Shown here: in pieces, positions 20,608 through 27,449 of the stretch
How positions within the stretch are numbered: position 1 is the first letter of the stretch
Layout of the letters: every line of letters starts with the position of its first letter
Assembly: GCA_003250455.1 (NCBI GenBank)
Contig: QKGK01000033.1
Location: forward strand, 1-32,409
Length of the DNA: 32,409 bases
Direction of reading: 5' to 3'
Source: Chloroflexota bacterium
Lineage (GTDB): Bacteria; Chloroflexota; Anaerolineae; Anaerolineales; UBA11579
The notes under the pieces: generated by a model
What the model saw: only the letters and a program-made list of their open reading frames with translations
Told to the model about the DNA's origin: nothing
The model's database searches: none
Translations under genes and position numbers: made by a program

Positions 20608-21747
20608 CTACTCGCCGAGGCCTTCGAGGGTAATACCCTGCTGGGCAACCAGAATGCGGACGCCGTCAAAGTTCTCGTCAGCAATCGGGCCAACCGCGGT
20701 CCAGTTGTAGAATTCCTCAGCACAAATGGATTCAAGGCAGTCCGGGTTGTCAAGAGTGATAAATGCTGTCACTGCATCCAGAATGGCCTGTTTCATCTCT
20801 TCGGGGAAATCGGGGGAGAAGGACATGGTGTCATTCGGGATTTCCTTGGAAATGTCCAGAATGCGGACTTTCTGTACAATGTCAGGGGCATCGGTGGTAA
20901 CGGATGCGCGGACATCGAGCACGCGGTAGTCACCGCAGAACAGTCTGCCTTCGTCATTCACTGCGCAGGATTCAACGACGTCATCCGGAACATCCGGGGA
21001 GTCGCCCATCGCCCAGGTGCCTTCGGGCAGCAGCGGGGGGCTGAAGAAAGCGGTTCCAACATCGGCCTGGCCATTGTAAACAGCCAGAGCAGCATTGTTG
21101 TGATTGCCTGCTTCGACGGTTTCGCCCATTTCAATGCCCATGTCAGCAAAGATCGAGGCGGGGTACAGGTAACCGGAGGTGGAGCCAGCATCCGGGTATG
21201 CCCAGGTGGCGCCAGCCAGGTCTGCCAGGGTCTGGTATTCGCTGTCGCGGGCTACATAGAAGCCGGTCCAGTACACGTTCCAGCCAAAGCGCTCGGCAGC
21301 CAGGCCAGGCTGCACACCACAAAGCTGGTTCGCCAGCACATAACCAAGGGCAGGAATAAAGCCAATGGTATCGTCAGGCGATGCGCACATTTCCTCAATG
21401 GTTGCGGCGTATGAGGTCGGCACGCTGACTTCGAAGGTGTAGCCAGTAGCCGCATTGAGAGCGGCAGCCATCACGGCACCACCATCAACAATGGTTTGAG
21501 CTTCCACGGACGGGACGAACAGGACTTTGATCGGGTAATCTGCATCCCCGAGCATCGGTGCCGGTTCTTCCACAACCTCTTCGGTCGGCTCTTCCATGGG
21601 TTCTTCAGTTGGTTCCTCCATGGGTTCTTCGGTTGGTTCTTCCATGGGTTCTTCAGTTGTAGCTGTGTTCCCGCCGCCACATGCGGAAAGGACCATCGCG
21701 GCTACTACCAGGAGACCCAAAAGCAAAAACAGTTTTTTGAACTTCAT
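20608..21747 (-). CDS. phnD: Phosphonate/phosphite ABC transporter substrate-binding lipoprotein PhnD
   Basis: The 379-aa translation has the lipobox LSACGG, an acidic EEPMEEPT repeat linker and a PhnD-like core (IKVLFVPS...). GGAGAAG SD is present. Confidence 0.9.
   Translation of the reverse strand: MKFKKLFLLLGLLVVAAMVLSACGGGNTATTEEPMEEPTEEPMEEPTEEPMEEPTEEVVEEPAPMLGDADYPIKVLFVPSVEAQTIVDGGAVMAAALNAATGYTFEVSVPTSYAATIEEMCASPDDTIGFIPALGYVLANQLCGVQPGLAAERFGWNVYWTGFYVARDSEYQTLADLAGATWAYPDAGSTSGYLYPASIFADMGIEMGETVEAGNHNNAALAVYNGQADVGTAFFSPPLLPEGTWAMGDSPDVPDDVVESCAVNDEGRLFCGDYRVLDVRASVTTDAPDIVQKVRILDISKEIPNDTMSFSPDFPEEMKQAILDAVTAFITLDNPDCLESICAEEFYNWTAVGPIADENFDGVRILVAQQGITLEGLGE
21581..21660. repeat. 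About 3.3 copies of a near-identical 24-nt tandem repeat coding EEPMEEPT in PhnD
   Basis: On the plus strand, the units tcggtcggctcttccatgggttct / tcagttggttcctccatgggttct / tcggttggttcttccatgggttct are followed by the partial unit tcagttgt. Confidence 0.85.
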
Positions 21748-21803
21748 ATCTTCTCCTATACTTTTTGGTTTACAAAGTTTTGCATTTCACTAATGCTGGA
21801 TTA

Positions 21804-21832
21804 ATCATAATGCGAAATCGCCATCCAATCAA
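21804..21832 (-). promoter_or_regulatory. Candidate phnD promoter (TTGATT-17-TATGAT)
   Basis: On the minus strand, TTGATT is at 21832-21827 and TATGAT at 21809-21804, about 55 nt upstream of the ATG. Confidence 0.35.
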
Positions 21833-21976
21833 GTCCCAGAAGGTAATTGGATTGTTAAAATTTTCAAAGGAAAAACCCCAACATTGCTTGTGGATAAAAA
21901 TTTGGTTTTTTTCCTTTCATATGGGAGTAAAAGCTACCTGTTTCTTTGCCCCGGTTCAAAATCATCAAACTGCACC

Positions 21977-22005
21977 TTGACCATTCTTCAACTCCCCATT
22001 AAAAT
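21977..22005 (+). promoter_or_regulatory. Candidate ffh promoter (TTGACC-17-TAAAAT)
   Basis: TTGACC is at 21977-21982 and TAAAAT at 22000-22005, about 46 nt upstream of the ATG. Confidence 0.45.
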
Positions 22006-22051
22006 CACATGTCGCCCTTAGTCTTTCATTTAAGGTGCGCCAGGACTGAAA

Positions 22052-23377
22052 ATGTTTGAAACACTGACAGAACGATTAAACCAGGTATTCAGCGAACTGC
22101 GCCGGCATGGCAAGCTCTCCGAGAAAGATGTAGACACTGCCATGCGGGATGTGCGCATGGCGCTGCTCGAAGCCGACGTGCATTATTCGGTGGTGAAATC
22201 CTTTGTCAGCAATGTTCGGCAAAGAGCCATTGGCGCTGAAGTTTCCCGGGCGCTCAACCCTGCCCAGCAGGTGATCAAGATCGTCAACGAAGAACTGATC
22301 GCCACCCTCGGGCAGCCCGAATCGCTCAACCTTTCCGGCCCCAAGCCGCACATGATCATGGTCGTCGGCCTGCAAGGTTCCGGTAAGACCACCACTGCTG
22401 GTAAACTCGCCAGCCAGCTGCGCAAGCAGGGAGAGCGCGTCATGCTGGTGGCCGCCGACCCATACCGGCCAGCAGCGATCCAACAGCTCCAGACCCTGGG
22501 CGCTAACATCGGTGTGGAAGTGTTCAATAAACCCGAACTGGCACCCCCCGACCTGGCAGCGATGGCCTACATCAAAGCGCAGCAAGGCGGCTATTCGGTC
22601 TTCATCCTGGATACGGCTGGACGCTCCCAGCTGGACGACAGCCTGATGGACGAGCTCAAGGCCATCACCAAAAACGTCACCCCCAACGAGGTGCTTTTGG
22701 TCGTCGATTCGATGATCGGGCAGGAGGCGGTCAACATCGCCCAGGGCTTCCGCAAAGCCGTGCCGGTCACCGGCCTGGTGCTCAGCAAAATGGACGGCGA
22801 TGCCCGCGGTGGCGCGGCCATTTCCATCCGGTCTGTCACCGGCGTCCCGATCAAGTTCCTGGGCGTCAGCGAGAACATGGACGGCCTGGAAAAATTCGAC
22901 CCCAACCGGTTATCCTCCCGCATTTTGGGAATGGGTGATATGATTGGGCTGATCGAAAAAGCCGAAGAAGAACTGGATGCCCAGGAGGCAGCCAAATCGG
23001 CGCAAAAAATGCTCTCTGGCGAGTTCACCCTTGATGACTTTCGGGACCAGCTCCGCCAGGTGCGCAAAATGGGCCCTATCGGTCAATTAATGGGTATGCT
23101 CCCCGGCAATATGGCCGGCGGGATGATGGCAAAGGTGGACCCTAAAGAAGCGGAAAAAGGATTTGTCCGCATTGAAGCCATCATCAATTCAATGACGCCG
23201 GACGAACGGCGTAAGCCCAAGATCCTGAATGCCAGCCGCAAACGCCGGATCGCAGCCGGGTCGGGCACTGAAGTTATGGAAGTCAACCGCTTACTCCGCC
23301 AGTTCCAGGAGATGCAGCGGATGATGAAAAAATTTAAAAAATCGGGCATGCGCGGTTTACCGGGCATGTTCGGTTAG
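22052..23377 (+). CDS. ffh: Signal recognition particle protein Ffh
   Basis: The 441-aa translation has the NG domain (GLQGSGKTTTAGKLA, DTAGR, KMDGDARGG) and a Met-rich M domain. Confidence 0.97.
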   Translation: MFETLTERLNQVFSELRRHGKLSEKDVDTAMRDVRMALLEADVHYSVVKSFVSNVRQRAIGAEVSRALNPAQQVIKIVNEELIATLGQPESLNLSGPKPHMIMVVGLQGSGKTTTAGKLASQLRKQGERVMLVAADPYRPAAIQQLQTLGANIGVEVFNKPELAPPDLAAMAYIKAQQGGYSVFILDTAGRSQLDDSLMDELKAITKNVTPNEVLLVVDSMIGQEAVNIAQGFRKAVPVTGLVLSKMDGDARGGAAISIRSVTGVPIKFLGVSENMDGLEKFDPNRLSSRILGMGDMIGLIEKAEEELDAQEAAKSAQKMLSGEFTLDDFRDQLRQVRKMGPIGQLMGMLPGNMAGGMMAKVDPKEAEKGFVRIEAIINSMTPDERRKPKILNASRKRRIAAGSGTEVMEVNRLLRQFQEMQRMMKKFKKSGMRGLPGMFG

Positions 23378-23560
23378 TGTGCGGTACACAGGTTTCTCGC
23401 TGAAGGGTCCCCCTCCTGAAGCCAATATCGAGCTTCGCTCGATCCATTACCTGAAGATGCCCGGCTGGAACCCGGTAATACGCCCCCCCTTCAAGGCGTC
23501 ATTTTTACCGGACAGAAAGCTGCACACGCATATCAAAAACAAAACAGGAGAATTTAACAC
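23378..23560 (+). promoter_or_regulatory. Structured ffh-rpsP spacer, a candidate leader or attenuator
   Basis: A hairpin forms between 23427-23433 and 23437-23443. CCGGTAA (23472-23478) can pair with TTACCGG (23505-23511), enclosing ACGCC/GGCGT followed by CAUUUUU. Alternatively ATTACC (23446-23451) can pair with GGTAAT (23474-23479). Confidence 0.3.
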
Positions 23561-24073
23561 ATGGTTCGTTTAAGATTACGCCGAGTAGGCAGAAAAAAGC
23601 AGCCCAGCTACCGCATTGTGGCCGCAGACAAAGACGCCCCGCGCGACGGGCGCTTTCTGGAAATTGTCGGGTTCTACAACCCGCGCACCGAGCCTTCCAC
23701 CATTTCCATCAAGGAAGACCGCGTTTTCGATTGGTTGAGCAAAGGCGCACAGCCCAGCGACTCAGTGGAAAGCATTTTCCGCCAGATGGGCACCCGCGAC
23801 CGCTTTGAACGCTTCAAAGCCGGGGAAGCCATCGAAACCCTGCTGGAAGAATATGCCACAGTGGAAGAAAGCCGCAATGTGACCAGCAAAACCCGCGTAG
23901 ATACCAAACAGAAGCTTTCCAAGAAAGCACTGGCCAAAGCTGAGGCAGCTGAAAAAGCTGCAGCGGAAGCTGCCGCCGCCAAAGCACAGAAAGCCGCTGA
24001 AGCAGCTGCCCCTGCTGAGGTAGTTGAAGAAGCCGCACCTGCTGAGGAAGAGGAACCAGAAGCAGAGGAATAA
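23561..24073 (+). CDS. rpsP: 30S ribosomal protein S16 with an Ala/Glu/Lys-rich C-terminal extension of about 85 aa
   Basis: The N-terminus MVRLRLRRVGRKKQPSYRIVAADKDAPRDGRFLEIVGFYNP is canonical S16. At 170 aa it is about twice the usual length. AGGAG SD is present. Confidence 0.95.
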   Translation: MVRLRLRRVGRKKQPSYRIVAADKDAPRDGRFLEIVGFYNPRTEPSTISIKEDRVFDWLSKGAQPSDSVESIFRQMGTRDRFERFKAGEAIETLLEEYATVEESRNVTSKTRVDTKQKLSKKALAKAEAAEKAAAEAAAAKAQKAAEAAAPAEVVEEAAPAEEEEPEAEE

Positions 24074-24097
24074 TCCCCCTGCGAACTGAGAGGAAGT

Positions 24098-24334
24098 ATG
24101 CAAGACCTTATCGAGTATATTGCCCGTTCATTGGTAGACGACCCCACTCAGGTGGATGTCAATCAGCGCCGCTACGGTTCGACCACAAATGTGCGTCTGA
24201 AAGTCGCCAAAGAAGATATGGGCCGGGTGATCGGCCGTAACGGCCGGGTGGCAAATGCCATGCGCATTTTGCTGCGTGTTGCCGGTGCCCGCAAGGCAAA
24301 ACGCGTCAAGCTGGAAATTGTGGAGCCTGAATGA
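24098..24334 (+). CDS. KH-domain RNA-binding protein (YlqC/UPF0109 type)
   Basis: The 78-aa translation contains VAKEDMGRVIGRNGRVANAMR (GxxG KH motif). It occupies the conserved position between rpsP and rimM. Confidence 0.9.
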   Translation: MQDLIEYIARSLVDDPTQVDVNQRRYGSTTNVRLKVAKEDMGRVIGRNGRVANAMRILLRVAGARKAKRVKLEIVEPE

Positions 24335-24936
24335 CCTCCAGGCGACGATTAACAGCCGCCCGACGCAAAGAAAAACAAAATCAAAAAGAGGGAAAATCCC
24401 CAGGTTTTGATCAGGCAGGGGCGCAGCAATATGCGCCACCTGCTTTTCTTTTGGTGGGCAAGCTCAACCGCCCGCACGGTGTGCACGGCGAGATGATCAT
24501 GACCCTAATGACCGACTTCCCGGAGCGGCTCAAACCGGGCGTTGAAATCTTTCTGGGTATCGCTCACCAGAAGGCGGCAATCAAATCCGTCCGGCATCAC
24601 AACCGAGGGTTCCTCGTCGCGTTGGAAGGGTTTGGCAGCCGGGAAGAAGTAGACCAACTGCGTAACCAGGAAGTGTTCGTCTCCGCAGAAGACCGCCCTC
24701 CCCTGCCTGAAGGGGAATACTACCTGCACCAGATCCTCGGCCTCCAGGTCGTCAGCGATGCGGGGGACATTCTGGGAATCGTTTCGGACTGGATCGAGAC
24801 CGGCGCAAATGGGGTATGGATCGTGCGTGACGAATCCGGTACGGAGATCCTCCTGCCAGATATAGATGATGTCGTCCTGAACATCAACCTGGAAGAGGGA
24901 CTAATGACCGTCCACCTGCTCGAAGGGTTGATCTAG
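24331..24936 (+). CDS. rimM: 16S rRNA processing protein RimM
   Basis: The 201-aa translation contains the motif VGKLNRPHGVHGE and a PRC-barrel C-terminus. Its start overlaps the KH stop in an ATGA arrangement. A basic N-terminal extension of about 35 aa is present. Confidence 0.9.
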   Translation: MTSRRRLTAARRKEKQNQKEGKSPGFDQAGAQQYAPPAFLLVGKLNRPHGVHGEMIMTLMTDFPERLKPGVEIFLGIAHQKAAIKSVRHHNRGFLVALEGFGSREEVDQLRNQEVFVSAEDRPPLPEGEYYLHQILGLQVVSDAGDILGIVSDWIETGANGVWIVRDESGTEILLPDIDDVVLNINLEEGLMTVHLLEGLI

Positions 24937-24971
24937 CCAATCAACAGCTTTAAAAAATTAATTCTCAAATG

Positions 24972-25006
24972 AAGCATCCCGCCGAAAATGTGAGGTGCTT
25001 TTTTTG
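24972..25006 (+). terminator. Candidate terminator after rimM
   Basis: aagcatc (24972-24978) pairs with ggtgctt (24994-25000, one G-U pair) across a 15-nt loop, followed by ttttt. Confidence 0.5.
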
Positions 25007-25082
25007 ACCAAATAAAGCTCAGTTTCATTAAAATTGTTGGCTAACCAATTATCTTAATTTATCAATAACACCACCTTCCCTC

Positions 25083-25112
25083 TTGACATCCACAAAACCG
25101 CTGTGGTATTCT
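25083..25112 (+). promoter_or_regulatory. Candidate dprA promoter (TTGACA-18-TGgTATTCT)
   Basis: TTGACA is at 25083-25088 and TATTCT at 25107-25112 with a TGn extension, about 80 nt upstream of the ATG. Confidence 0.5.
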
Positions 25113-25192
25113 CAATCCCGTTTACCGTGTACGAAGGGGTCTCCTTCATTTAATGCAAAAGACGCGTAAGCAATAATTTCAGGAGAAATGGT

Positions 25193-26305
25193 ATGGATGA
25201 CCGTTCATACTGGGTAGGGCTAAACCTGGTAAAGGGGATTGGCGCTGCCCGTTTCAACGCACTAATTGAGCATTTTGGCAGTTCACAGGCTGCCTGGGAT
25301 GCCCCCGCGTCTGCACTCTATGCCACCGGGTTGCCCACAGCTGTGATCGAAGAGCTGCTTCAACTGCGCGCCAACACAGACCTTCAGGTGCTCCTGGACG
25401 ATTTTAAAGCCCGGGGAATCACCCTGCTGACCCCGGAAGATACTGCGTACCCACACCGTCTGAAACAAATCGACCTGCCGCCACCGGTGTTGTATGTTCT
25501 TGGTGAAATCACCACTAAAGATGATTGGGCTGTAGGCATTGTCGGCACCCGGCGAATGAGTCCCTACGGCCAGCAGGTAGCTGAAGAACTGGCCCGCTTC
25601 CTGGCCGCAAACGGGGTTACCGTGGTGAGCGGGTTGGCCCGCGGTATTGATTCCGTCGCTCACCAGGCCGCCCTGGAGGCAGGTGGACGCACCATCGCGG
25701 TGCTGGGCAGCGGGGTAGACCAGATTTACCCGGCTGAGAACCGCGGCCTGGCTGCCCGGATGATGCAGCAGGGAGCGGTGATCAGCGATTATGCCCCTGG
25801 CACCCCTCCCGAAGGTAGCAACTTCCCGCCGCGCAACCGTATAATTGCCGGATTGTCGATTGCCACCGTGGTGATCGAAGCTGGAAAGCGCTCCGGGGCA
25901 AACATTACCGCTCAATTTTCCGTCGATCAGGGCAAAGAAGTCTTTGCAGTACCGGGCAATATTTACGCCCCGCAAAGCGTCGGCACCAACAAACTCATCC
26001 AGGATGGCGCACACCCGCTGCTCAAACCGGAAGACCTGCTGGAAGTACTTAACCTCACTCTGGTAACCGAACACCAGCAAGCCCGCATGGTCCTCCCGGA
26101 AAACGCGGCTGAAGCCGCCATTTTTGGTGTACTGGGGCATGAACCCCTGCATGTGGATCAGATCGGCATCCAGGCCAACCTCCCCATCGAAGAGATCAGC
26201 GCCACATTGGCATTGATGGAGCTCAAAGGGATGGTTCGCCAGGTTGGCGGGATGCGCTATATTGCGATTAGAGAAGTCAAAAACGCCTATCATATAAAGG
26301 AATAA
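25193..26305 (+). CDS. dprA: DNA-processing protein DprA (Smf)
   Basis: The 370-aa translation has the Rossmann-like core GIVGTRRMSPYG...VVSGLARGIDSVAHQAAL..GG.TIAVLGSG and a C-terminal winged-helix-like domain. AGGAG SD is present. Confidence 0.93.
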   Translation: MDDRSYWVGLNLVKGIGAARFNALIEHFGSSQAAWDAPASALYATGLPTAVIEELLQLRANTDLQVLLDDFKARGITLLTPEDTAYPHRLKQIDLPPPVLYVLGEITTKDDWAVGIVGTRRMSPYGQQVAEELARFLAANGVTVVSGLARGIDSVAHQAALEAGGRTIAVLGSGVDQIYPAENRGLAARMMQQGAVISDYAPGTPPEGSNFPPRNRIIAGLSIATVVIEAGKRSGANITAQFSVDQGKEVFAVPGNIYAPQSVGTNKLIQDGAHPLLKPEDLLEVLNLTLVTEHQQARMVLPENAAEAAIFGVLGHEPLHVDQIGIQANLPIEEISATLALMELKGMVRQVGGMRYIAIREVKNAYHIKE

Positions 26306-26310
26306 TAATT

Positions 26311-27405
26311 ATGAACGAACATAACTATGCTGTGATCATGGCTGGTGGAGGTGGGACCCGTCTCTGGCCGCTGTCTCGAAAAGATAAACCCAAACAAATG
26401 CTTAAACTGGACGGGGAACGCACCCTGTTTGAAATTGCCGTTGAACGGCTGTTGGGCCTCTTCCCGGTTGAAAAGATCATGGTAGTCACTTCGGCATCCC
26501 AGGCGGAAGTCTTCCAGAAAGAGCTGCCCGCAATCCCAGCTGAGAACTACGTGATCGAACCCTTCGGGCGGGATACCGCTGCAGCCATTGGTCTGGCCGC
26601 TGTTGCCCTCAAGCATCGGGACCCGCAAGCCATTATGGCGGTAGTGACTGCCGACCATTACATCGATCGTGAGAGCCGCTTTTTACACGTCCTCCGGGCG
26701 GCCTCGCAGGTAGCAGATGACGGTTATCTGGTCACTCTGGGCATCCAGCCAACCTTCCCATCTACAGGGTTCGGCTACATCCAGCAAGGCAGCTATTTGG
26801 GCACATACGAGAATATTGTCGTGTTCAACGCCCTCAGCTTCAAGGAAAAGCCGGACATGGAAACCGCCATCCAGTTCATCGAAGCGGAAGACCATTCGTG
26901 GAACTCCGGCATGTTCATCTGGAAGGTAGACCAAATCCTCTCCGAGATTTCCCGGCTGATGCCCAAACTGGATAAAGGGCTGAACAATATTGCCGCTGCC
27001 TGGGGAACACCAGAACACACAAAAGTGCTGCTCGAAGAGTGGGAAATGCTGGAAAAAGTCTCCATCGATTTTGGCATTATGGAGAAAGCCCAAAATGTAG
27101 CTGTGATCCCTGCGCGCGGATTGGGCTGGAGCGATGTTGGCAGCTGGAATGCGGTGTATGAGGTGCTGCCCAAAAGCGCCATGGAAAATGTGATCATCTG
27201 CAAGCAGCACATCACCGAAGACACAGAAAATACGCTCATCTTCACAAAAGAAGAAAGCGATCGTCTGATCGTCACCCTGGGCATTAAGGATACCGTGATC
27301 GTCGATGCGGGAGATGTTCTCCTGATCTGCGACAAAGACCACGCCCAGGATGTACGGGGAATTGTTAAGCAGCTGGAAGAAGAAGGTAAGAATATTTATT
27401 TATAG
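26311..27405 (+). CDS. Mannose-1-phosphate guanylyltransferase (nucleotidyltransferase only, no PMI/cupin domain)
   Basis: The 364-aa translation begins YAVIMAGGGGTRLWPLSRKDKPKQ, which is typical. The start is 5 nt after the dprA stop. Confidence 0.88.
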   Translation: MNEHNYAVIMAGGGGTRLWPLSRKDKPKQMLKLDGERTLFEIAVERLLGLFPVEKIMVVTSASQAEVFQKELPAIPAENYVIEPFGRDTAAAIGLAAVALKHRDPQAIMAVVTADHYIDRESRFLHVLRAASQVADDGYLVTLGIQPTFPSTGFGYIQQGSYLGTYENIVVFNALSFKEKPDMETAIQFIEAEDHSWNSGMFIWKVDQILSEISRLMPKLDKGLNNIAAAWGTPEHTKVLLEEWEMLEKVSIDFGIMEKAQNVAVIPARGLGWSDVGSWNAVYEVLPKSAMENVIICKQHITEDTENTLIFTKEESDRLIVTLGIKDTVIVDAGDVLLICDKDHAQDVRGIVKQLEEEGKNIYL

Positions 27406-27449
27406 CACGTACATTTATTGGTTCGTGTTGAAGTTTTTGGAGGTTTCAT

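Noticed and set aside
20560-21414. 284-aa plus-strand ORF opposite phnD. Analogous shadows lie at 25283-26293 (opposite dprA), 26683-27342 (opposite the guanylyltransferase), 30287-31099 and 31132-31935.
   Set aside because: In each case the opposite strand encodes a protein with clear family motifs or clean TM-helix architecture and a proper SD. The shadow translations have antisense-type composition.
23379-23573. 64-aa GTG-initiated ORF spanning the ffh-rpsP spacer
   Set aside because: It starts 2 nt after the ffh stop with no SD, runs into the rpsP start and has junk-like composition. The region has RNA-structure features instead.
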